A DNA stretch of 64,000 nucleotides from Spirochaetia bacterium (GTDB taxonomy: Bacteria; Spirochaetota; Spirochaetia; WTKD01; G963693115), in NCBI GenBank assembly GCA_965226055.1, contig CBDDCA010000004.1, forward strand, positions 64,001 through 128,000, given 5' to 3'. Both the position numbers and the translations under genes were made by a program. A model generated the notes under the pieces. It saw only the letters and a list, made by a program, of their open reading frames with translations, had not been told where the DNA came from and made no database searches. Numbering within the stretch: the stretch's first letter is position 1; every line of letters starts with the position of its first letter. Positions 31,032 to 40,750 of this stretch are shown here, piece by piece.

Positions 31032-32813
31032 CTATATATCATTATACAATAGACGAAGATTCTCGATGGTAAGATGCTGGTGTAAAATTTTATAGAATAT
31101 AGCATATGGCTTTTTGTTCTTATGTTTTTTAGGAGAGTTAATATGCTTTAGTATAGTTTCAAATGACTGAAGAAAGGCTTGTGTTCCATAATGTTTAGAA
31201 ATTACTTGTAATGCAATTTTTCTTAAGCTAGGATTGTTTTTGTGTTTGTTGTTACGTGAATAATCTAATGCTGTGTTACGTTTATTTCGAGAAGATACTG
31301 TTGCATTGCTTCTATACTTTTCAATGATGTTTCTGCTAGGGGCAAATAATACAAGGGTATCATATATTTTTTGTAATAGTTTTATGTTTGCATATGTAAT
31401 ATCTCTTCTAAATGTATCAAAATTCTTAAGAAGATATTCTTGTATAGCTGTACTAAGAAATGAAAAATCTATGGTATTTTTTTTTAGTATACTATCAATA
31501 GAGGCAATTAAAGATTCTTTTGTAGCTTCATCAACTATATCAGGAAGCATATCAATTTTAGTTTTATAAGAAAAATGTAACACATTATCAGAAATAATAC
31601 TAGGTAATGACTGAATGATATGCTGAGGAATAGTAATACTTTTATACCATGTTGATGGCCAATATAAAGAAAAGATATATTCAAATTGTTTTGTTTGTGC
31701 AATACTCCTTGCAACTAAAGGGGAGTTATACAACACAGAATCTAAGTAGCTAAATCCAAACCCTTCAAGTACAGAGCTTGAAATAATAGCATCGCTGTAG
31801 CTACAAATTTCTTGAAAGCTAAAGGGGCATTTTTTTTGTGTTCCTAAAGAGAATATTCCCGGCACTTTTCCTGTATGTATCAGTCTTTCTATAATAGTGG
31901 AGTATGGGCGTTCTTGCTCTGATTCTCCGGGCAGAGTGATGTTGACTACACAAGGGATGGCAAAGCGAGCTTCAAACATTTTTGTGATGAGCATTGCTTC
32001 TAAAACATTTTTTCTTCTTATACAGCGTACAGGATATGTAAAGAGTAAATAGTTGCCCTCGTTATATTGAGGAGCAAAATCTTTTTTATGTGTAATATAT
32101 TTTTTTAAGCTGTTGGAATCATCAGTTGTGTTTGTGTGCTGTGTACTAGTATTATACGTAACGATATTGGGAAGTAACTGAGCATCAATAGAGGCTTTTT
32201 GTAAGATGTGTTTGTCATGCTCATTTATTACTGCAACAGTGGTATGATCATTAAAATTGTACAATATATTTTCACCTGGTACATGTATAAGTCGTTCTAA
32301 AGCAGAAAAACGTGTTTGTTCAGGAAAATCATGTATCTGTAATAACATGTAAGGATCATATTTTTTTATAAATTGTAATAATGCAAGTGTAAAGAGAGGA
32401 TTTTTTCCCAAGTGGTAATTATGAACCCACCAAAGAGTTTCTTCATTATTATGAGAAATGAAAAACTGCAGTAATTTTTCTATTGTTTCTTTTTTGCTCT
32501 TAAAAAGTGCTGTGTTGCTTGCTGTGGTATGTTCTGTTTCTGTTGATGCTGTATTGTTCTCTTTGTCTTTTTGTAACCATTCAATGTATCCAAGTTCTTT
32601 CTTAAAACGTACTTCTACTTTTGTAGTATTAAAATGCTTGCGAATTTTTAGCATATTTTTTCTGCTACCAGTAAATAGGACTATTTTTTTTATATATGAA
32701 AATTGTTTTGCTTCAAGTAATGCTTGCACTGTTTTTGTAATAACACTTGTCACCCCTCCAGTATGGAGATGATAGTGCATAATATTGATAACCGATGGTG
32801 TATATTGTTTCAT
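31032..32813 (-). CDS. GT-B (GT4-like) glycosyltransferase
   Basis: HYHLHTGGVTSVI; HNYHLGKN; QIHDFPE; YPVRCIRRKNVLE; SVLEGFGFSYLD. Confidence 0.75.
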   Translation of the reverse strand: MKQYTPSVINIMHYHLHTGGVTSVITKTVQALLEAKQFSYIKKIVLFTGSRKNMLKIRKHFNTTKVEVRFKKELGYIEWLQKDKENNTASTETEHTTASNTALFKSKKETIEKLLQFFISHNNEETLWWVHNYHLGKNPLFTLALLQFIKKYDPYMLLQIHDFPEQTRFSALERLIHVPGENILYNFNDHTTVAVINEHDKHILQKASIDAQLLPNIVTYNTSTQHTNTTDDSNSLKKYITHKKDFAPQYNEGNYLLFTYPVRCIRRKNVLEAMLITKMFEARFAIPCVVNITLPGESEQERPYSTIIERLIHTGKVPGIFSLGTQKKCPFSFQEICSYSDAIISSSVLEGFGFSYLDSVLYNSPLVARSIAQTKQFEYIFSLYWPSTWYKSITIPQHIIQSLPSIISDNVLHFSYKTKIDMLPDIVDEATKESLIASIDSILKKNTIDFSFLSTAIQEYLLKNFDTFRRDITYANIKLLQKIYDTLVLFAPSRNIIEKYRSNATVSSRNKRNTALDYSRNNKHKNNPSLRKIALQVISKHYGTQAFLQSFETILKHINSPKKHKNKKPYAIFYKILHQHLTIENLRLLYNDI

Positions 32814-32910
32814 ATGTTTTTGTGTTCTATAGTATTAATTATAGCTATATATAGTATATCATTATTAGTGACAGTGTTTATAGAGTACTTTTTTGTAATA
32901 TAATGAATAT

Positions 32911-34698
32911 ATGGGATTACATACAAAAAAAGATTCTACAGATAAACTGTATATAGAACAATTATTATATAGTATTTATATTGACACTCCATATACAATA
33001 CAGTGGCAAGCTCCTTTTCAACAATTTTGGGAGCGATGGAAACATAAATCTGCATACCAAGATAAAGATATTGCTGATACTGTATCTTGTCTTGATGAAA
33101 CGCTGTGTATGTTGATTTGTTATGGTGATAGTATATCAAAAAGTGATGAAATGCCACTTGAAACATTACATACATTTTTACAGAGCAGATGTGAAAATCT
33201 CATACGAGGGGTGCATATACTCCCATATTTTCCATATACATCTGATGATGGTTTTTCTATTTCTGATTATATGGCAGTACGGAATGATTTAGGTAGTTGG
33301 CAGCATATTACTAAGATAGCTGATGATTTTATTCTTATGAGTGATCTTGTTCTTAACCATTGTTCTGCCCAACATGCTTGGTTTACTCAGTTTCTCGCAA
33401 ACAAAGAGCCATATTCTGAGTATTTTATTACTGCTGATCCTCATTTAGATTTTTCAAGGGTAGTACGTCCACGCCCGCATTTTATACTAAGTGATTTTGA
33501 AACTGATACAGGGATGCAACATGTATGGACTACCTTTAGTAGTGATCAAGTTGATCTGAATTATGAAAATCCTTTGCTACTTTTTGATATGCTTGATGTC
33601 TTGTTATCGTATGTTATACAATATCGTTCTTCTGTTATTCGACTTGATGCTGTTGCTTATTTATGGAAAGAGATAGGTACTTCGTGCGTACATCATAAAA
33701 AGACACATTTGGTTGTAAAACTTATGAGAGCTATGCTTGATGTGTTTGCTGCTCAGAGCGTGCTTATTACTGAGACAAATGTTCCCCATAAAGAGAATGT
33801 TAGTTATTTTGGAGAAGGTGATGAGGCACATCTTGTATATAATTTTACGCTTCCTCCATTACTGCTCTATTCCGTATTATTTTCCTCGACAGAAATATTA
33901 CAGAAATGGGCTAACAGTTTAGTGCTGGAGCACGATAATACATGCTTTTTTAACTTTTGTGCTTCACATGATGGGATAGGTATTACTCCAAGCTATGGAA
34001 TTCTCAGTGATGTACAACGAGAAGCACTTATCAATAAGGTAAAGGAGCGAGGAGGCAAAATATCGTATAAAGCTACGAAAGATGGAGAAACTCCCTATGA
34101 GATGAATATCAGTTATGTCTCTGCGGTAATAGATCCTGAACAGAGTGTTGAGCAACAAGCCATGAGTTTTTTAGCTACACAGTCGGTGCTTCTTAGTATG
34201 CCTGGAGTTCCTGGAATCTATATTCATAGTTTATTAGGGAGTAAAAATTGGCAACAAGGAGTTGAGCGTCTTGGGTATAACAGAGCTATCAATAGAGAAA
34301 AATTAGATGTTAATAGTGTCAATCAAGAGCTTTCAAATGAGGAAAGTTTTCGGAGCATGGTATTCACAGGCTATTTGCATATGATAGAGGCACGTACTCA
34401 TAATGTAGCATTTCACCCCTTTGCATCATTTTCTTTTCCTGTTGTACAAGATGGACTGTTTGCTATTCTAAAAGAATATCAAACACAGAAAATAATATGT
34501 ATTGTCAACCTTAGTAATGATGAAAAAATACAAGCATTCCCATCAAATATGTTTCCATTTAAGAGCGGGATGAAAGATATACTAAAGGGAGATATTGTAT
34601 TTCTTCCTTCAAATTCAAATGATGAAGTAGAGCTTACTTTAGAACCGTACGAGGTATATTGGCTATGTCCAATAGATACGTCTACCAATACAAAGTAA
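32911..34698 (+). CDS. GH13_18 sugar phosphorylase, probably glucosylglycerate phosphorylase
   Basis: VHILPYFP..SDDGF; DLVLNH; WTTFS.DQ.DLN; RLDAVAY; TETNVP; ASHDGIG; PYEMN. Confidence 0.85.
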   Translation: MGLHTKKDSTDKLYIEQLLYSIYIDTPYTIQWQAPFQQFWERWKHKSAYQDKDIADTVSCLDETLCMLICYGDSISKSDEMPLETLHTFLQSRCENLIRGVHILPYFPYTSDDGFSISDYMAVRNDLGSWQHITKIADDFILMSDLVLNHCSAQHAWFTQFLANKEPYSEYFITADPHLDFSRVVRPRPHFILSDFETDTGMQHVWTTFSSDQVDLNYENPLLLFDMLDVLLSYVIQYRSSVIRLDAVAYLWKEIGTSCVHHKKTHLVVKLMRAMLDVFAAQSVLITETNVPHKENVSYFGEGDEAHLVYNFTLPPLLLYSVLFSSTEILQKWANSLVLEHDNTCFFNFCASHDGIGITPSYGILSDVQREALINKVKERGGKISYKATKDGETPYEMNISYVSAVIDPEQSVEQQAMSFLATQSVLLSMPGVPGIYIHSLLGSKNWQQGVERLGYNRAINREKLDVNSVNQELSNEESFRSMVFTGYLHMIEARTHNVAFHPFASFSFPVVQDGLFAILKEYQTQKIICIVNLSNDEKIQAFPSNMFPFKSGMKDILKGDIVFLPSNSNDEVELTLEPYEVYWLCPIDTSTNTK

Positions 34699-34723
34699 GA
34701 TAGTACATGATTAGTAAGGCATA

Positions 34724-35788
34724 ATGAAAGACATTTCTTTTTTCTCTGATTGTCGGCAGGCTGTTATGCGAAGTTGCTACATAGAAAGTATGCGTTCTTT
34801 TCTTAGCTCTTATAATCTTGTAGAATTACATAGTCCTATTCTCAGTCCTGTTCTTATTCCTGAACGACATATAGATGTGTATGCAGTAGAGGAAGAAGAA
34901 CAAGGAAAAATGCATTATCTTACCCCATCTCCTGAAGTATACTTAAAACAAATGATAGCAAAGCTCTCTCATGATGAGACTATGAATACATATATGGGAG
35001 GGGTATACGAGCTAACCCATAGTTTTCGGAAAACAGAGCAGAAAAGTCCTATTCATCAGAAAGAGTTTTTAATGTTAGAGTATTATTGTTTACATAAAAG
35101 TACTCAACAGATGCAAGATATAACTGTGGATATGTTACGGTACTGCGTACAGTGTATGATAAAGAAAAATAAAACACTGCACCTTTTTACTAAAGAGAGT
35201 ATAGCATATATGCAGCATTTACTTGAACATGTATTGAGCATGTCTTTGGAACAGGCGTTTTTTTCCTATACGGCATTTAATTATAACGATTTTTTACAGT
35301 GTAAAAGTACTGTTGAAGCAATGGTATGTGTTGGCTTAGATCCTATGAAGGATACTGGCATGGATTGGGAAGATATATTTCATTATGCTTTAGTACAGTA
35401 TCTGGAACCTATGTTGCCACGTGATCGTATTATATTTCTCTACGATTATCCCAGCAAGGTCAGAACTTTGTCTAAAACAAAAGCGGCAAAACAAGGAGGC
35501 ATCCCTTGCAGTGATAGATGGGAACTGTATATTGCTGGTATAGAAGTTGCAAATTGCTTTAATGAAGAAACTGATCCTGATAGTATTTTTAGTTTTATGC
35601 AGGAACAAGCCACGCTAGGAGGAGCAAGAAATATTCAAGCAGATTGGGATAAGAACTTTTTGCGAGCTGATCGTCTGCCTCAATGTTCAGGGGGAGCTAT
35701 GGGTATTGATAGGGTATATATGGCACTATTAGGCAAACAATCATTATACGAAGCTACCTCTCTACATGAAAGTCTCTATATCCCTTGA
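34724..35788 (+). CDS. epmA: EF-P lysine aminoacylase (EpmA/GenX)
   Basis: YL.PSPE..LK; H..EF.MLEYY; DRWELYIAGIEVANCF.E; P.CSGGAMGIDR; no anticodon-binding domain. Confidence 0.85.
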   Translation: MKDISFFSDCRQAVMRSCYIESMRSFLSSYNLVELHSPILSPVLIPERHIDVYAVEEEEQGKMHYLTPSPEVYLKQMIAKLSHDETMNTYMGGVYELTHSFRKTEQKSPIHQKEFLMLEYYCLHKSTQQMQDITVDMLRYCVQCMIKKNKTLHLFTKESIAYMQHLLEHVLSMSLEQAFFSYTAFNYNDFLQCKSTVEAMVCVGLDPMKDTGMDWEDIFHYALVQYLEPMLPRDRIIFLYDYPSKVRTLSKTKAAKQGGIPCSDRWELYIAGIEVANCFNEETDPDSIFSFMQEQATLGGARNIQADWDKNFLRADRLPQCSGGAMGIDRVYMALLGKQSLYEATSLHESLYIP

Positions 35789-35808
35789 TAGTAAAAAGAA
35801 AAATTCCA

Positions 35809-36351
35809 TTATACTTTTCGATTATATTGTAACTGTATGAGTCCTGTGTCGTATTGTTTTATTGTTTCTGCTTCTAGTGGTATAGTTGGTGTGTCCCCTA
35901 AAAAAAGTCGTTTTCCATCGCCTAAAATAATAGGGATAACAGAAATAAGATAGGTATCTATAAGATCTTTCTGCATAAGTAGCCTTACAATTTCGCTTCC
36001 TCCATCACAGTAGATATGTTTCCCTTCTTTGCTTTTTAATTCTTTTACTAAGGTTTCTACATTGCCATTATAAAAGGTAACATTGTTCTCATTTTCTCTT
36101 TCTTGTCGAGTGATAACATAGCAATCAAACATGCTTGATGCAGGAAACTTGCCTCCAGTAAGCGTGAGAATTGTCTCATAGGTAGTTCTTCCTACAATGT
36201 AAGTATCAACTGTTTCTGTGAACGCTTGGTATCCGTAATCTTCATTTTCTTTCTCAACAATAGAGAGCCACGAAACATCGTTGTCTTTTGTTGATATAAA
36301 CCCATCTAGGCTCATACTAATATATAATAGTAATTTTCTTTGATTATGCAT
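35809..36351 (-). CDS. Dihydrofolate reductase/RibD C-terminal family protein
   Basis: YISMSLDGFI; VGRTTYE; IYCDGG; IPIILGDG..LF. Confidence 0.9.
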   Translation of the reverse strand: MHNQRKLLLYISMSLDGFISTKDNDVSWLSIVEKENEDYGYQAFTETVDTYIVGRTTYETILTLTGGKFPASSMFDCYVITRQERENENNVTFYNGNVETLVKELKSKEGKHIYCDGGSEIVRLLMQKDLIDTYLISVIPIILGDGKRLFLGDTPTIPLEAETIKQYDTGLIQLQYNRKV

Positions 36352-36445
36352 ATAAAAATATAGTATTATAAGTGTACAAAAAAATCAAGTATAAGTGAGA
36401 AAAAAAAGTATTATGATACAGGAGAGTTTTTGTATAATAATAATT

Positions 36446-37417
36446 ATGTATAGATTACAGTGGTTTTTTTCCTTTGTCTTGCTCACTTTTTTTGTTGTTA
36501 CTGTATCTTCAAAAGATATAAAAGCTATGACTTTCAATGTACAAAATCTTTTTGATGGCAAGAACGATGGTACTGAATACCAAGAATATAGTCCGCCTCG
36601 ATGGAACAATAAACAATATCACTATCGACTGAGCGCAATAGGGAAAGCGGTACAAAAATTAGCGTTCTCTTTAGATATTATTGCCTTACAAGAGGTAGAG
36701 AATGAAAAAGTGGTGAAAGATTTACAAAAATACTATCTGCCTCGTTTATCATATGTAGCAGTAAGTACAGCAAAAAAATCTGCTGTGCAAATTGCTTTAT
36801 TGTCTCGATATAAGATACTTGAAGTTAAGGAACATCAAGTGCAGATACCTTCACTTTCTGGAGGATTGCGTCCAATCTTAGAGGTAGTGTTAGAGCTATC
36901 TTCAAAAAAGAAACAGACACAACATGCAGTGAATACAATACAGGTGTTTGTAGTGCATCTAAAATCAAAAAGAAACAGTAATGCCACTATTAGTTCAAGT
37001 CAAATACGCTCGTTTCAATATACACTTATCATCAATAATTTTGATACAACTATGCCAACATTGTTGCTAGGAGATTTTAATGATGAAGAAGCATATACTC
37101 ATTTGCAACATTCGTATCATAAAAAGTATCAGCAAAGTGTAGAAAGCCTTGTAGATACAAAATCATACTATGATACAGAAGCAGTAGTCAAAGGAACATA
37201 TTATTACAAAGGATGGGCACAGTTAGATCATATTTTTTTTGATACATCTTTTGCCACTATTTTTTCAGAGATAGAGCTTACTATTATAGGTAATGCTCCT
37301 TTTACTATTGTAAGTAGTAAACAGGGTATAACACCAAATAAATTTTATATGCATTTTAAGAACTATACTGCAGTATCTGATCATTTGCCAGTATTACTTA
37401 CTGCCCAATATAAATAA
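36446..37417 (+). CDS. Secreted endonuclease/exonuclease/phosphatase-family protein
   Basis: Signal peptide; MTFNVQNLFD; ALQEVEN; VHLKS; GDFND; LDHI; SDHLPV. Confidence 0.88.
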   Translation: MYRLQWFFSFVLLTFFVVTVSSKDIKAMTFNVQNLFDGKNDGTEYQEYSPPRWNNKQYHYRLSAIGKAVQKLAFSLDIIALQEVENEKVVKDLQKYYLPRLSYVAVSTAKKSAVQIALLSRYKILEVKEHQVQIPSLSGGLRPILEVVLELSSKKKQTQHAVNTIQVFVVHLKSKRNSNATISSSQIRSFQYTLIINNFDTTMPTLLLGDFNDEEAYTHLQHSYHKKYQQSVESLVDTKSYYDTEAVVKGTYYYKGWAQLDHIFFDTSFATIFSEIELTIIGNAPFTIVSSKQGITPNKFYMHFKNYTAVSDHLPVLLTAQYK

Positions 37418-37464
37418 TCAGTACAGATAATCAGTATAAACAATCAGTGTGAACAAGAAAAGCT

Positions 37465-38184
37465 TTACTGGAAGTAGCTGTTTATAGTACTTTCAAATTC
37501 TGTATTTTTTGGGTTGAGAGGACTAGGGTGAGGAATATAGTGAAGTTCATTTATATTTAGTACATTTAATAAAGATTGTGCTATAGTATGTGAATATCTT
37601 CCTATTGCAAGTATCGTAGTAATGCCTAATATGTTACAATAGTTACGTAAGTGTTCTTTACACAATACTTCTACCTCTTTAATGCTCTTGTCTTTTCTCA
37701 GGAGTGTATGGTCAGGAGTGAGATTACTTGCAGTTTCTTTATTAAAAAAAGCTAGAGGACAAAAATTAAGAACAAATGCCTGTGCAAAAAAATCTTGAGG
37801 AGAAGGAAATAGTTTTTGAATACATCCCCAGACTTTTTCTCCACTTTTTTCTTCACGATGATATTGAAGGCCTTGTACTGGTCGTTTAGGGTGCATGTGT
37901 TCTGGTTGTTGTACAGTATATTGTAATTGAAGATAACGAGTAACTGCACTGATGTTGCCAAAAGGAATGCCTGTTTGTACCATGCCATGAGGGCCAGGAT
38001 TGATCCCTAATAACAGATATTTTTTTTGCTGTTTTTTTGTATGTGCAAAGTTTGAGACATATGCTTTCCATCCTTCCCATGCGTAATTGAACACATTGTA
38101 TACACACACAGTACTAGGATATGCGAGAGTGTCAAGTACATGGGAGAGTTCTTTGCTATGTTGTAATAATGTAGTAATGTGCAA
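37465..38184 (-). CDS. SMUG1-like (family 3) uracil-DNA glycosylase
   Basis: LGINPGPHGMVQTGIPFG; HPKRPV.G; E.SG; NFCPL; NLTP; HPSP.N. Confidence 0.88.
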   Translation of the reverse strand: MHITTLLQHSKELSHVLDTLAYPSTVCVYNVFNYAWEGWKAYVSNFAHTKKQQKKYLLLGINPGPHGMVQTGIPFGNISAVTRYLQLQYTVQQPEHMHPKRPVQGLQYHREEKSGEKVWGCIQKLFPSPQDFFAQAFVLNFCPLAFFNKETASNLTPDHTLLRKDKSIKEVEVLCKEHLRNYCNILGITTILAIGRYSHTIAQSLLNVLNINELHYIPHPSPLNPKNTEFESTINSYFQ

Positions 38185-38186
38185 TA

Positions 38187-39512
38187 TTATTGTTGTGCTG
38201 ATAAAATATGTTTGTTGAGGATAATCTCTAACATTTCTTGTTTTCCTGATTGAGCTGTAGGAGTATCATGTTGTAATGCATAGGAGTGAAGATCTTTTAA
38301 TGTTGTAGTATTATTGACTATTTTGTTACCAATATCACTATTATAGCTTTCATAACGCTTTTGTACAAAATTTTCAATTTCATTACTGGACAGTAGAGAA
38401 TGGGCAGCTTTTAAGCCTATTGCAAATGTGTCCATGCTAGAGATATGACCATAAAATAGATCATTGCTATCAATAGAAGGGCGACGTAATTTTGCATCAA
38501 AGTTGAGACCGCCTGGTGCTATTCCTCCGTTTTTTAATACCTCTATCATCATGAGGGTGCTGGTATATATATTAGTTGCGTATTGATCGGTATCCCAGCC
38601 TAATAACATGTCGCCTTGATTTGCATCAAGGCTTCCTAACATATCATGTATTCGTGCAAGGTACATTTCGTGTTGCATAGTATGTCCCGATAATGTTGCA
38701 TGATTTACTTCTAAGTTGAGCTTAAAGTCTTTATCAAGATTGTAGTGCTTCAAAAAACCTATAACATTTGCTGCATCATAGTCATATTGATGTTTTGTTG
38801 GTTCTTTTGGTTTTGGTTCTATAAGTAACTGTCCTGTAAACCCTATGCTTTTTGCATAATCACGAGCCATGCTAAGAAAGGTAGCAAGATTATCAAGCTC
38901 TCTTTTGAGATTAGTGTTTAGCAATGTTTCGTATCCTTCTCTTCCTCCCCAAAACACATAGTTAAGCCCGCCAAGTTTGTGAGTGATATCTATTGCTTTT
39001 TTTACTTTTGCTGCTGCATAGGTAAATATTTCTGCTTGTGGACTTGTTGCTGCTCCATTCATAAAGCGTGGATGACTAAATAAATTGCTCGTACCCCATA
39101 ATAGCTGTAATCCTGTTTCTTTCATTATAGTATGGAGAATATCGCTTATACTGTCTAGGCGTTTTTCTGTCTCTACAAGTGTATCAGCTTCATCTACAAT
39201 ATCAAAGTCATGAAAACAAAAGAAAGGAATTGAAAGTTTTGTTGTAATTTCAGCTAAAGCATATGCTCGTGCTTTTGCTTTTTCTACGGGGTTTTGTATG
39301 CTATCCCAAGGGCGTTTTATCGTAGGCATTCCAAAAGGATCGTTTCCTTGTCCTGTTAAGCTATGCCAATATGCGAAAGAAAAACGTAGATGTTCCTGCA
39401 TAGTTTTATTGCCAACTATCTCTGTTGGATTGTAATGCCTAAATGCTAATAGATTATCAGTATCTGCACCTTCATATTGTATTTTTTGTATATTGCTAAA
39501 AAATTCTTCCAT
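38187..39512 (-). CDS. xylA: Xylose isomerase (class II)
   Basis: AYWH; FCFHD; VFWGGREGY; IEPKPKEPTKHQYD; GWDTDQ; GGLNFDAK. Confidence 0.97.
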   Translation of the reverse strand: MEEFFSNIQKIQYEGADTDNLLAFRHYNPTEIVGNKTMQEHLRFSFAYWHSLTGQGNDPFGMPTIKRPWDSIQNPVEKAKARAYALAEITTKLSIPFFCFHDFDIVDEADTLVETEKRLDSISDILHTIMKETGLQLLWGTSNLFSHPRFMNGAATSPQAEIFTYAAAKVKKAIDITHKLGGLNYVFWGGREGYETLLNTNLKRELDNLATFLSMARDYAKSIGFTGQLLIEPKPKEPTKHQYDYDAANVIGFLKHYNLDKDFKLNLEVNHATLSGHTMQHEMYLARIHDMLGSLDANQGDMLLGWDTDQYATNIYTSTLMMIEVLKNGGIAPGGLNFDAKLRRPSIDSNDLFYGHISSMDTFAIGLKAAHSLLSSNEIENFVQKRYESYNSDIGNKIVNNTTTLKDLHSYALQHDTPTAQSGKQEMLEIILNKHILSAQQ

Positions 39513-39581
39513 AAAAATTCCTCATTTTTACTGTTCATTGTTGAGACTGTATCTTTTTATTATACTATATTACTGATAATA

Positions 39582-40745
39582 CTATATTTTCCCTTTGTTT
39601 CTTGTATATTGATCATACCAAACGGCAAATAATAGCACGAGAGCTTTTACTACATACTGATATTCTGCTCCTAAGTTAATCAAAGACATACCATTGTTAA
39701 TGACTCCCATAACAAGCCCTCCTGTAATAGCTCCTATAATAGTGCCTATACCTCCAGCAGCAGATGCTCCTCCAATAAAAGCAGCAGCAATAGCTTCCAG
39801 TTCAAATAATTGTCCTGATTGAGGGAGTGCAGAATTAAGGTATCCTGTAAAAATTACCCCTGATAATCCTGATAAAGCTCCCATAATAGCAAATACAAAA
39901 AATACTACTCGTTCAGAATTGACTCCAGAAAGTTTTGCTGCTTTCGCATTTCCTCCTACAGCATACACTTCTCTTCCAAACACTGTCTTGTTTGTAATGA
40001 ATACAAATAAAACAATAACAATGAGTAATAAAATGACCACATTAGGAATACCTCTGTACGACGCAAACTTATACCCTAATATCATGATGGTAATGCTTAG
40101 TATAAGTAGTTTAAGTACAAGAAACTGTACAGGCAACACATGAAATCCATGTGCTTTTTTTGCTCTGTATTGGTATATGGCATATATCACATACGCTACT
40201 AAAAGTACTATCATAACAATAAGCGTATTGAGATGAAACTCTGCATTGTTTACAAAAGAAAATCCAGAAGCAATTTTTTTATAATTATCATCTATAAGTG
40301 ATACAGGGTTGACTTGGGTGATAATATACGTAAGCCCACGAAACAAAAGCATGCCTGCAAGAGTAACAATGAAAGCAGGCACTTTTAGAAATGCAATCCA
40401 AAATCCTTGTGTAGCTCCAATAATCAGTCCTATGCCTATTGATACCAAAATAGTAATGGGCATACCAATGCCTGTATTGTACACCATAGCACTGATAGCT
40501 CCTATAAAAGCGCATACCGATCCAACTGATAAATCTATATTACCAGTAATGATAACAAGTACCATTCCCACTGCAAGGGTAAGAATATAACTATTTTGAA
40601 TAAATATATTTGTTATATTTCTTGCGTTAAAATTAATGCCGTTTGTCATAAATGTGAATATAATAAATATACATCCTAACATTAAGAACATAGAGTAATT
40701 ACGAATATTATCTTTTGCTATTTTAAAAAAATTATTTTTTTGCAT
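39582..40745 (-). CDS. Monosaccharide ABC transporter permease (GguB/XylH-type)
   Basis: IDLSVGS; PAFIVTLAGML.FRG; YAVGGN..AA.LSG; ELEAIAAAFIGG. Confidence 0.92.
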   Translation of the reverse strand: MQKNNFFKIAKDNIRNYSMFLMLGCIFIIFTFMTNGINFNARNITNIFIQNSYILTLAVGMVLVIITGNIDLSVGSVCAFIGAISAMVYNTGIGMPITILVSIGIGLIIGATQGFWIAFLKVPAFIVTLAGMLLFRGLTYIITQVNPVSLIDDNYKKIASGFSFVNNAEFHLNTLIVMIVLLVAYVIYAIYQYRAKKAHGFHVLPVQFLVLKLLILSITIMILGYKFASYRGIPNVVILLLIVIVLFVFITNKTVFGREVYAVGGNAKAAKLSGVNSERVVFFVFAIMGALSGLSGVIFTGYLNSALPQSGQLFELEAIAAAFIGGASAAGGIGTIIGAITGGLVMGVINNGMSLINLGAEYQYVVKALVLLFAVWYDQYTRNKGKI

Positions 40746-40750
40746 ATGTT

